Shown here piece by piece: positions 8,361 through 18,200 of a DNA stretch of 64,000 bases (the stretch's first letter is position 1; each line of letters begins with the position of its first letter). The DNA comes from Chloroflexota bacterium (GTDB taxonomy: Bacteria > Chloroflexota > Anaerolineae > Anaerolineales > VGOW01): NCBI GenBank assembly GCA_016875735.1, contig VGOW01000008.1:21183-85182 (forward strand). The letters are read 5' to 3'. Below the pieces are notes generated by a model. The model saw only the letters and a list, made by a program, of their open reading frames with translations. It was not told the origin of the DNA and did no database searches. Both the position numbers and the translations under genes were made by a program.

Positions 8361-9397
8361 TTCACCACAATCTCCGTCCATGTTTCGATCAGCGCTTCGC
8401 GCCGCTCGGCGATGGTTGTTGCATCGAGAATGATGGGCGACTCGACTTGCCCCGAATACTTGACGAAGGCATCGGGCAGCTGCGCCGAGGGCAGGGCGGG
8501 ATACACAAACATATTGAGCGGCATGTCTTCTTGAAACGTTTTGCTCAACATGAAGTCCACCCACGCTTCGGCCAGGCCGCGGTTCTTCGTGCCTTTGACG
8601 ATGCCCACGAACTCGATCTGTCGGAAGCACGATTTCGCTCCGGTGATGCTGGCGGTGGGCGCGTCGTCGAGCGGCGCGGAGGCATATACCACTTCGGCGG
8701 GCGGGCTGGATGCGTATGATACGACGAGAGGGCGCGGCCCCTTTCCGCTCGAACCGCTGAACTCGGTGTAATACGCCGTCTCCCAATCGGCCACCACTTT
8801 CACATCGTTCGCGCGCAAGTCGGCCCAAAATTTGGTGAAGCCGTCGTCGCCGAACGCGGCCCACGTGGCGAGCATGAAAGCGAGGCCGGTGGAAGAAGTG
8901 GCCGGGTCTTCGACGACGAGCAAGCTTTTGTATTCGGGGCGAGTCAGTTCGGCGAGATTGGCTGGCGGCGGCAGACCCTTGTCGGCGAAGTAGGCTTTAT
9001 CGTAGTTGAGGCACACGTCGCCGTAATCGACGGGCAGGGCGCGGTTCTCGGAATCCAATTTGAGCTCGGCGGGAAGGGCGGCGAGGGCAGGCGAGTCGTA
9101 TCGCTCGAAGAGATCGTTGTCGAGGGCGCGCGAGAGGAGCGTGTTGTCCACGCCGTAGATCACATCGGCCAACGGCGACTCTTTATTCAGCAGAGCGGTG
9201 TTGAGCATCCCGCCTGCGTCGCCCGATTTGAGAATTTGCACGGTGGCGTTGTTGGCCGACTCGAATTCTTCGAGCGCCGAGTCGGTGACGGCAAAAGAGT
9301 CGTGAGTCATCACGGTGAGCGCGCGCGGCCCGGCGGGTGTGGGCGCGGCGCACGCGGCGAGAAGAGGGATGAGGGTGAGGATGTGTTTGAGTTTCAT
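8357..9397 (-). CDS. thiB: thiamine-type ABC transporter substrate-binding lipoprotein
   Basis: Lipobox LLAAC and a family-1 solute-binding fold pattern (MTHDSF...SGDAG...). Placement in a TPP-riboswitch operon supports the thiamine assignment. Confidence 0.82.
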   Translation of the reverse strand: MKLKHILTLIPLLAACAAPTPAGPRALTVMTHDSFAVTDSALEEFESANNATVQILKSGDAGGMLNTALLNKESPLADVIYGVDNTLLSRALDNDLFERYDSPALAALPAELKLDSENRALPVDYGDVCLNYDKAYFADKGLPPPANLAELTRPEYKSLLVVEDPATSSTGLAFMLATWAAFGDDGFTKFWADLRANDVKVVADWETAYYTEFSGSSGKGPRPLVVSYASSPPAEVVYASAPLDDAPTASITGAKSCFRQIEFVGIVKGTKNRGLAEAWVDFMLSKTFQEDMPLNMFVYPALPSAQLPDAFVKYSGQVESPIILDATTIAERREALIETWTEIVVK

Positions 9398-10095
9398 GGG
9401 ACAACTCCTTCAGCAGAAGAGATCACAACGCAGACGAGCAAGCCTTCGGCGAGCGATACCGTTGCCGGACTCGATCGGATCACGTTGCTGATTCCGAGCG
9501 TGGAACCGAATCGCAGAATTCCGTTTTCGAGCGGATACTCCAACCCAAACGTGTTCACTCCGTGGGCATCTCCGGCAATGGGGATGAGCGAGGCCGTGTC
9601 GCCTGGCGAGGCGGTGAGGGTGAGCGATCCGGGCCCGCGCACGAACATGATTTGTTGCGACCCGTCGATCAGCCGGATGCGGGCGCTCGTAGTGACGACT
9701 TTAGTCGTCAAGCGACTTAAGTCGCTACTACGAACCAGCAAGAGCAAGTTGGCAAGCGTCTGATCCCAACGCCCGCCGAGCGCGGCGATGACGGTGATCT
9801 CGGTTGCGCCGTTGGCGGTGGCGTAATCGAGCGCGAGTTCCAGATCGGTTTGATCTTTGCGCGCCGGGTAGCGGATAATTTGTGCGCCCAGCGATTCGAG
9901 CGCGTCGAGTTCGGCGGGGAGGACAGAGTCGAGATCGCCGATGAGAACGCGCGGGGTGAGGTCGAGCGCGCGGCAGTGGTTCGCTCCGCCATCGGCGGCA
10001 ATGATGAGATCGCCGGGGTGGATAGCGGCGCGGGCGAGGGCCGCATTGTGAAGTTCGCCGTTGGCGATGATGACTGCGTGTGTGTTGGGCAACAA
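9394..10095 (-). CDS. thiN: thiamine pyrophosphokinase
   Basis: AVIIANGEL...IAADGGANH...GDLDS...KDQTDLELAL motifs. TTG at 10095 lies 5 nt after GGAGG and is preferred. An in-frame ATG at 10140 abuts the aptamer with essentially no SD spacing. Confidence 0.85.
   Translation of the reverse strand: MLPNTHAVIIANGELHNAALARAAIHPGDLIIAADGGANHCRALDLTPRVLIGDLDSVLPAELDALESLGAQIIRYPARKDQTDLELALDYATANGATEITVIAALGGRWDQTLANLLLLVRSSDLSRLTTKVVTTSARIRLIDGSQQIMFVRGPGSLTLTASPGDTASLIPIAGDAHGVNTFGLEYPLENGILRFGSTLGISNVIRSSPATVSLAEGLLVCVVISSAEGVVP
9694..9726. repeat. two adjacent palindromes inside the thiN coding sequence
   Basis: gacgact-tt-agtcgtc (9694-9709) and the perfect 16-mer agcgacttaagtcgct (9711-9726). 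They encode part of the segment VRSSDLSRLTTKVVTTS. Confidence 0.6.
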
Positions 10096-10235
10096 AACAC
10101 CCTCCGCCGGGGAGGGTGTGAGATGAGTGAGTGCGCGCATTCCCTCCGCCGGCATTATCCGGATCAGGTTCGCGGGTCGCAGAGTGCGCTCTCTGCCTCT
10201 CAGCCCGGAGCGTTGCCGCCGAGCTCCCCGTGTTG
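10096..10235 (-). promoter_or_regulatory. TPP (THI-box) riboswitch with SD-sequestering expression platform
   Basis: Minus strand reads GGGGAGCTCGGCGG...GCTGAGAGG...ACCCGCGAACCTGATCCGGATAATGCCGGCGGAGGGA, matching the THI-box consensus. Downstream is an 8-bp helix CACCCTCC/GGAGGGTG covering the SD. Confidence 0.9.
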
Positions 10236-10249
10236 GGTTTGTTGACGGA

Positions 10250-10278
10250 AATATAGCAGGCTAAACAGGGAGCGTCAA
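10250..10278 (-). promoter_or_regulatory. sigma70-type promoter of the thiamine operon
   Basis: Minus strand TTGACG, 17 nt, TATATT, about 15 nt upstream of the aptamer. The -35 overlaps the HEPN stop codon. Confidence 0.6.
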
Positions 10279-10673
10279 GCAGATTCTCCAGATTCGATCT
10301 TCTTGCTCACAAAAGCAAAGGCGTTCTTCGCCTGCTGGTAAAATGCTCGGCCTTCTTCTTTCGTTGGTTCAAGCGGAATGTCGGTGGGATAGCGTCCTTC
10401 AACTGCGAACGGGGTTAGGTCAGCGATTTCCGATTCGAGTTCGGCTAAATCGGGATCGGCGTTGATGCACAAATCGAGCAAGTAACCGAGATCATGTCGG
10501 AAGAGAAAGGGAACATCCTGCGCGGTGAGAAATGCTTTCAGGCTTTTTTCGACCGCCTGCTGACAGTGGAACGCCAGTATCGCGATCGGATACTCTTCGA
10601 AGGTTTGAAGCATTTCGGCGGCGGTGAGGTCGGCTTTAGCCCGGGTCAGCCACTCGTTGGCTTTGGCGCTCAT
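10275..10673 (-). CDS. HEPN domain protein (toxin of an MNT-HEPN pair)
   Basis: MSAKANEWLTRAKADL...AVEKSLKAFL...RHDLGYL pattern; 132 aa from ATG 10673. Confidence 0.8.
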   Translation of the reverse strand: MSAKANEWLTRAKADLTAAEMLQTFEEYPIAILAFHCQQAVEKSLKAFLTAQDVPFLFRHDLGYLLDLCINADPDLAELESEIADLTPFAVEGRYPTDIPLEPTKEEGRAFYQQAKNAFAFVSKKIESGESA

Positions 10674-10983
10674 AGAGGACTTTTCCGGTTTTGAGAATGT
10701 AACTGAGAAAGGATTGCGGATCTTTGACGCAAGCGCGCACCTCGGCAGGCGTGTAAGCGAGAATGTCAATCGGAAACGTGCGCGGGCGCAGGGCGCGGCT
10801 AATCATTTCTTGCCGCTTATCACGCCGCAGATTGGACTCCAACACGACGAGCAAATCAATGTCACTTTCCGGCCTTGCCTCGCCTCCCGCATACGAGCCG
10901 AACAAAACGATCTTTTCGGGCCGAATGCGCTCGACAAGGATTTGGCGAATCTGATGTAAACGCTGTTCCTGCTCAGTTGTCAT
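10636..10983 (-). CDS. minimal nucleotidyltransferase (MNT) domain protein
   Basis: LFGSYAGGEARPESDIDLLVV is the classic GSx(n)DxD nucleotidyltransferase motif. Directly upstream of, and overlapping, the HEPN ORF. Confidence 0.85.
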   Translation of the reverse strand: MTTEQEQRLHQIRQILVERIRPEKIVLFGSYAGGEARPESDIDLLVVLESNLRRDKRQEMISRALRPRTFPIDILAYTPAEVRACVKDPQSFLSYILKTGKVLYERQSQRVADPG

Positions 10984-11019
10984 TGGGGCGTATTATACCT
11001 TCGCCACTCGTGTGAGCGA

Positions 11020-11035
11020 CAACAACATGTTGTTG
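11020..11035. promoter_or_regulatory. perfect 16-bp palindrome CAACAACATGTTGTTG, candidate operator
   Basis: Lies about 20 nt upstream of a minus-strand TATAAT (10992-10997) that sits about 8 nt before the MNT ATG. Confidence 0.35.
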
Positions 11036-11056
11036 GCCCGAAGTTTGAAGATTGCT

Positions 11057-11836
11057 TCACCTCATCCTCCGCTTCCACTCGTCTTTCAACTCTAAACTCG
11101 TCAAATCCTTTGCTTCGAGAAAGTCGGCGAGGAGGCGGTGGAATTTGGGCGGGTCGTCGAGCATGGGGAAGTGGCGGCCATCCTCAAAGATGATCTGGTG
11201 CAGGTTGGGGCGAGCGCCGTTGAGGGCTTCGTCGGCAGGCAGGGCGATGGCTTCGTCGCGCTCGCCGTGCACCAGCAGGGTGGGGGCAGTGGTTTGGTTG
11301 AGATCGGCGGTGAAGTCGGCTTGACTCAAATAGTCGAAAGAGGTTTGGATAGCGGTGGGATCGAGTTTGCGCGTTTCGGCGAGGAGCTCATCACTGCCGG
11401 GCGCTTTGCCCACCAGCCAATCGAGGAGCGCGGCGACGTTGGACGAGGCCAAGCGGGGTTTGATGGCCGCACCGTTCAGCGGCATGTTGATGGTCATCAA
11501 CCGCGCCACCATTTGAGGATTCTGGCTGGCGAATCGCAATGCCACCGCGCCGCCGAGCCCGTGCCCCACTAGCGCCAGTTTTGCCACGCCGAGATGATCC
11601 ATGAATTTGGCGATCAGTTCGACTTGCGAGTCGAGGGAGTAGTTGGCCGATTTTTTGCCCGAGTCGCCGAAGCCCCACAGATCGATGGCGTAGGTGCGAT
11701 ACTTTGTGGAGACGGCCTGCATGATGGGAATCCAATAACGCCACGAGCCGAGCCAGCCGTGGACGAAGAGGATGCCCGGGCCGCGCCCCAGCACTTCGTA
11801 GTGAACAATGTCGTCGTTGATGACGAGTGCGCTCAT
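11057..11836 (-). CDS. alpha/beta-hydrolase-fold protein with nucleophile Ser replaced by Gly
   Basis: HGWLGSW...WGFGDSGK...VGHGLGGAV (GxGxG instead of GxSxG; codon GGG at 11558-11560). The Asp (HGERDE) and His (GRHFPMLD) positions are retained. Paralog of 22821-23609. Confidence 0.85.
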   Translation of the reverse strand: MSALVINDDIVHYEVLGRGPGILFVHGWLGSWRYWIPIMQAVSTKYRTYAIDLWGFGDSGKKSANYSLDSQVELIAKFMDHLGVAKLALVGHGLGGAVALRFASQNPQMVARLMTINMPLNGAAIKPRLASSNVAALLDWLVGKAPGSDELLAETRKLDPTAIQTSFDYLSQADFTADLNQTTAPTLLVHGERDEAIALPADEALNGARPNLHQIIFEDGRHFPMLDDPPKFHRLLADFLEAKDLTSLELKDEWKRRMR

Positions 11837-11882
11837 GTTTTGCGACGAAAGACTACTGACAGCAGGCGGCTGTCGTCTATCA

Positions 11883-12251
11883 TCACTTCTTTCCGAGAAT
11901 CTCGCTCACGCGCTTGATCAGTTGATCGGGCGCGAAGGGTTTGAGAATGTAATCGGTGGCGCCCACTTCGAGTCCGGTTTGGATTTCGGTTTCCTGGCCT
12001 TTGGCCGAAAGAAAGACGACGGGGATGTGTTTGAGTTTGTCGTCGGCTTTCAAATGGCGGCAGGCCTCGTAGCCGGTCATCTTCGGCATCCGCACGTCCA
12101 TCAGAATCAGGTCGGGCAGGAGATCGCGTGTCATGGTAACGGCCTCTTCGCCGTTGGCGGCCTGATGCACGTCGTGCCCGGCGTACTTGAGGGTGAAGGT
12201 GACAAGATCGCGGATGTCGCGCTCGTCTTCGGCTATCAGAATTTTTGCCAT
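11883..12251 (-). CDS. single-domain response regulator (receiver)
   Basis: MAKILIAEDE...LILMDVRMPKMTG...SAKG...DYILKPF; 122 aa from ATG 12251. Confidence 0.9.
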   Translation of the reverse strand: MAKILIAEDERDIRDLVTFTLKYAGHDVHQAANGEEAVTMTRDLLPDLILMDVRMPKMTGYEACRHLKADDKLKHIPVVFLSAKGQETEIQTGLEVGATDYILKPFAPDQLIKRVSEILGKK

Positions 12252-12276
12252 GTCAAGAAGTTTGCTCCATTGAAAT

Positions 12277-15200
12277 TTACGCCGCCGATTCGTTCCCGGA
12301 CGCCAGCTTGAGCCGCACAAAAAAAGTGCTGCCGTGCCCGATGCCTTCGCTTTCAACCCAAATGCGTCCGCCGTGCATTTCCATCAGCCGCTGCACGATG
12401 CTCAGGCCCAAGCCCGTTCCCGATGAAGCCATCACCAACGGGTCTTCGCCGCGATAGAAACGCTCGAAGATGCGGATCTGATCTTCGGGCGCGATGCCGA
12501 TGCCGGTGTCTTTCACGGCAATGAGCAGGGTGTCGCCGTCGCGCCGCGCCGAGAGGGTGACAGCGCCCTCCGGGTGCGTGTAAGTGAAGGCGTTGTCGGC
12601 CAGATTGGTGATGATCTGCGTCAGCCGCTGTCGGTCGCCGAGCGCTGGCGGCAGGCCCGGCTCCACATCGACGATCACTTTCATCGGCTTCTCTTGCGCG
12701 GTGATGCGCCCGTGCAGATGATTGGACACGTCTTCGAGCACATCGGCGACGGAGAGAGGCTCAAGGTTCAATTCTACTTTGCCCGACTCCATCTTGGAAA
12801 TGTCGAGCAGATCGTCCACCAAAATTTTCAAGCGGTCGGCATTAGTCTTGATGAGTTCGACCGCTCGTTGCTGATCGGGCAGAAGGGGCCCGGCCATGCC
12901 CATGAGCAGAATATCGGCGTAGCCTTTGATAGGTGTGATGGGCGTGCGCAGTTCGTGGCTCACCGTCGTCACGAACTCGGTCTTCAGCCGATCGACTTCG
13001 ACTTCGCGGGTGATGTCGCGGAAGATGGACACGGTGCCGAGATATTCGTCGGCGGTCGTCACCGGAGCGAGCAGCACCGACACAATGCGATTGTCTTCGA
13101 GGTTGAGCTGCTCGGAGATGTATTCGCCGGGCCGATACGTCGAGGGATCGGCGCTCCATTTGTCGATGGTGTCGGAGAGGGATTGGGCGCGCGCGCCGTA
13201 GAGCCCCATAAAATCTCTCACCGGATGCCCCAGCGCTTCATCGCGGTTGAGTTTGAGGATGCGCTCGGCGGTGGCGTTGAAGAGGGTGATGTTCCCATAG
13301 GCGTCCGACACAAGCACGCCGTCGGCCACCGATTCGAGGATGGCGCGGCTCTTGGTTGCCTCCACTTGATTGGCGCGCAACATGCCGCCCAGCCGCTCGG
13401 CCTGATCGCGAATGAGGCGGTAGAGCTCGGCGTTGTTGATGGCCGACGTGACTTGATTTCCGGCGGCGGTCACCATCCGCAGTTGATCGATGTTGAAGGC
13501 GTCTTTCACATCGCTGAGGAAGAGCATCGCGCCCAAGCAGTCTTCGCTCGAAAGGAGAGGTACGCAGAGGGCCGAACGATATGCGCCATCGAGAGGCTGT
13601 TGCCGCCAGCGCGAGTCGGTTTCGAGATCGGAGGCGATGGCCGACTCCTGCGAATTGATCACCCAGCCCACCAATCCCTCGCCCCGCCCAAACCCGGCCG
13701 GTTGCCCGCCGGGCGGCAGGTGCATTTCATGGCCGAGCGTGGCGCGATGAATGAGCTGAGTCGTCTGGGGTTCGACGAGGAACAGATCGGCGCGCGCGCC
13801 GCCGATCACGTCGTTGACGAGGCCGAGCGCGCGAGTGAGCACGCGGTCGAGATCGAGGCTGGCTGACAACTCGCTGGTGATGCGCAGCAGAGTCTCCACG
13901 CGGTCGCGCTCTTTCTCCAGCGCGGCGGTGCGCTCGGCCACGCGCTGTTCGAGGCTAGCCGCATAGTTTTGCACGGTGGTGAACAGCCGCGCATTCTCCA
14001 GCGCAATGGCCGCCTGATTGCCAACCTGACTCAACAACCTTAACTGCCCGGCGCTGAATCGGTTGGGCTCGGTGCTCTGCACCAACACCGCGCCGATCGT
14101 CCGTCCGCGCACCAACAGCGGCACACCCAGCCATGAGCGGGCAAGGTCGCCGCGGTTGTATCCGGCCACCGGAAATTTGTCTTTCTGCACATCGCCGATG
14201 AGGAGCGGTTGGCCCGAATTGATGATGTGCTCGCTGAATGAACTGCCCGTGCGCGGAATCTTGAACGGCTCCAGCCGCCGGCCTTTTTCGACGGCTTCGG
14301 CCAGGATCTCGTTGGCCTCCGTCACTTGAACCAGCGCCACCGAATCGGCCCCCAACAATTTTCGCACGTTGTCAAGGGTGACATCGATCAGCCGCGACTC
14401 TTCCAGCACTTGCGAGGCGCTCACGCCGAGATCGAACAGCGCGGCCAACTCGGCGTTGCGCTGGCGGGTTTCGGTGAGCAGGCGCTGGGTTTCTTCGTAG
14501 AGCCGCGCATTCTGAACGGCGACGGCGGTTTGATTGGCAATCGTCTGCGCCACTTCGATTTCGCCGAGCCGGAAACGCGGCCCGTCGGCTTTGCGCTCGA
14601 TAGCCAGGCTGCCCAGCAATGAGCCGCCAGCCGTCAGCGGCACCACTAACATTGTTTTGGCGCCTCGGTTCACCAATTGCAGGCGCGCCGCCGGTTGCAG
14701 TGATTCCGAAAGGGCCACATCGTCGATCACGATGGGGGCCATTGTTTCCCGCAGGCGCTGGGTCACCGACTCGTCTTGGGTGATCGGGCCGAGCAGATCG
14801 GCGGGAGCGGGTTCTTGCAGGCGTTCGGTCATCCCGTGCGCGGCCGAAGCGGACTCGCCGTCGTATAGTGTGGCCGTTGTGTGCGCTCCGCCCATGGCGC
14901 TGCTCATCTCGCGCACCGAAATATCGAGGATGCGGTTGAGGTCGAGCGTGCCGCTCAATTCGCCCGAAACACGATTAAGCAAAACGAGGCGCTGGGTGCG
15001 TTCGTTGAGCTGCATGGCCCGCTGGACACTTTGCTCGAATAACTGGGCGTTGTCGAGGGCCACCGCCACTTGGTTGGCAAAGGCAATGACGAGGTCGGCG
15101 TGATTGGCGGTGTAGAAGTTGGCTTCCACTTTGTCGAGCGCCAGCAGGCCCATCACTTTGCCTTTGCTGATGAGCGGCCCGCCGAGCCACGAGCGTGTGC

Positions 15201-18200
15201 GGCTGATCATGCCCGCCGGGAAACGTGGATCGTTTCGCACATCGGGCACGAGGATGGGGTGGCCGGTGGCGGTCATCTCCTTGAAGAGGGCGCTGTCTTC
15301 CACCTGCACGATTAATCCCAATTGCTCGGCGTCGTTCTCGAAGCCGCGCGCGCTCGCCACGCGCAGGAAATTTTCTTCGTGCAGCAGCCACAGGGTGGCG
15401 CTGTCGTACGGCACCACGCGCCCCACTTGATCGAGCACGAGGGCGATGACGTTTTCTTCGCGCAGGGCCGACGACATGACTCGCGAGGCTTCGGTGAGGG
15501 CTTGCAGTTGGGTGGCTCGTTCGCGCACGTCGGCTTCCAAATGCGCGCGCTCGGTCACGTCGTCCACCAACAGCACCACGCCGGTCACTTTGCCGTCGCG
15601 CCGGAGCGGGTAGCCATAGAAGTTGCTGACGATGAGCGATCCGTCGGGCGCGGAGTCGCGGACGCCGAAGCGCTCGACGGGGCGGTCGTACACGACGGCT
15701 TGAATGACGGAGTCGGCCAACCCTACGTCGCGGTAATACGAACGGAACTCGAACAGGTTTTGGCCGACGAGGGAGTCCGCCCATCCGAATCGTTCCCGCA
15801 TCCAGCCGTTGATGCTGAGCACTTTGCCTTCGGTGTCGAGGACGACGAGGCCCTGCTGGAGCGATTCGAATACGGAGGCGCTGAACTCTTGCAGTTCGCG
15901 GGTGGCGTTGAAGAGGCGGGTGTTGTCGGCGAGGCGTTGTTGGATTTCGGTGTAGAGGCGGATGTTTTCGAGGCTGGCGCCGATTTGCCCGCTGAGGATG
16001 GTGAGCAGATCGATGTCTTCGGTGGAGAAGGGGGTGGGCTCTTTTTGGCTGCCGACGAGCAGTGCGCCGCTGAGCTGTTGAGCCATGAAGATGGGCACGC
16101 CGACGAAGGATCGGATTTGCAGGCTCTGCACTAGTTTGGAGTCGCTCCAGCCGTGCAGGTCGCGGGCGAGGATGGGCGAATGGATCTCGATGATGTGCGA
16201 GAGGGGGTTGCGTTCGGCGAGGAGTGGGTTGAGATCGATGCCGGGGTTGGTGACCGAAGCCTGCGCGGTGACTTGCAGTATCTGCCCGTCTTTGAGCAGA
16301 GCGACGACGCAGGCATCCACGCTTATTTCGACGACGGTGGAGCGGGCGGCGCGATGGAGCAGGGCGTTTTCGGCGCGGGCTTCGGCGGTGGTGCTGGCGA
16401 TGCGGTGGAGGCCGAGCAAGCGGCGGGCGCGCAGTTCAGTCTGCTCGATGAGGTCGCGCAGTTCCTGTTCTTTGCGGCTGAGGGTGCGTGAGACGAGGTC
16501 GAGATCGCGGTACGACTTTTGCAGGTCGTCGAGGCTCTTGCTCAGTTCGGCGGCGCGGCTTTCGGCGGCGATGAAGAGCCGGGCGTTTTCGATGGCCAGC
16601 GCCGCTTGGTTGGCGAAGATTTCCAGAGTCTCGATGATGGCCAGATCGGGGGCGAGACCGCTGCGCGGATCGTCCACCGACATCATGCCCACCGTTTGGC
16701 CGCCGGAGCCGATGAGCGGCACGAACAGAAAATCGTCTTGGTGCCATTTGTTCGAGGCCGTTGGCTCTTCGGCTTGGGGGATGATGACTGCGTCCAACTG
16801 CATGAGTTCTTTGGGGGCGCGGGTGTGGGGCACGTAATACGATTGGCTGATTCGAAATTCGCGTTGCAGTGCGGCGCGGATGTCGTCGAGACGGGCGGGG
16901 GTTTGTTGGAGGCGGTTGAATTCGGCGATGGGCAGGCCGGCGGCGGCGGTGCGGTGGAGGAGTCCGGTGTCCGAGTCGTATTCGCTGATGAGCACCACGT
17001 TGAAGCCGACGGCTTCTTGCACGCCGTAGGCGATGGCTTCGAGGTTGACAGCCAGCAGGCGGTCGGAGCGGACGGAGCGCGAGATTTGCAGGAGCTGCGA
17101 GAGTTGATCGGCGCGGCGGCGCAGAAGTTCGCCGCGGCGTTTTTGTTCTTCGTACCGTTGAGCGTTGCCCACGGCGATGGCGGCTTGGGCGGCGACGGCT
17201 TGCGAGAAGTCGAGCATGGCGCGGTCGAAGCCGTTGGCGCGGCGGCTGTGCAGTTCGACGACGCCGACGATGGAGCCTTCGTAGGAGATGGGGGTGACGA
17301 GCAGTGAGCGAATTCCGGCGTGGCCGGGCGCGGCCAGCGGCGCGTAATGTTCGGGCGGGATGGCGGCCAGCGCATCGGGGGCGGCGAGGTCGGCGATGAG
17401 GTGGGTGTTGCCGCTGAGGGCCACGTCGAATTCTATCGAGTCCAAAGCCAAGTTGCTGTTGTGATCGCCGATGCGGAGGCGGGCAGCGGGGATGGTGGAT
17501 TCCAAATTGAGGAGGACGATGCTTCCGCAATCGGCGCGGGTGGCGCGCACGGCTTCGTTGTAAACGAGTTTGAGGATGTGATCGAGTTCGAGCGTTTGAT
17601 TGAGTTCGCGGCCCACGCGGGTGAGGGCGGTGAGCTGCTCGACGCGGTGGCGCAGGGTTTCATCGGTGGCCGAGGCGAGGCGGGTGCGCTCGATGGCCGA
17701 GGCCAACTGCGCGGCGACGGTGGCGACGAGTTGAACGTCGCTCCGCGAGAACCGTCGTTCGTAACGAGAGCCGAGCCACATTTCGCCGATGCTGCGATCT
17801 TGCACGATGAGCGGCGCAGTGATCACGGTTTCGATCTGATAATGCTCGACTATTCGGCGGTGCAGTTTGGTGATGCGCCGGTCGTGGCTGGCTCGCCACG
17901 AATAGAAGGGTTTGCGGGTGGCGGTGCTGCTCAATTTGAAGTCGGGGTCGTCACTGCGCAGGGTGGCGAACTCGGCTTCGCCCACGCCGCCGCCGAGCTC
18001 CGACCCGCGCTGGGGCGCGAGTTCGCCTTTGGCTTCGTCGAGCAGGAGCACCACACCGAGTTCGGCTTGAATCAGCCGGGCGGTGCGTTCCATCACGCCC
18101 TGATAGATTTGTTCGAGGCTCAACGCCGAGCCGGTGATCTCTGCGATCTGCCTCATCACTTCGGCGTGGCGGACCCGGTCTTCGGCTTCGCGCACGAGGC

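Noticed and set aside
8361-8864. Upstream extension of the permease ORF (6600-8864).
   Set aside because: It overlaps the 3' part of thiB in another frame. The GTG at 8360, overlapping the thiB stop, gives a normal-length two-domain permease.
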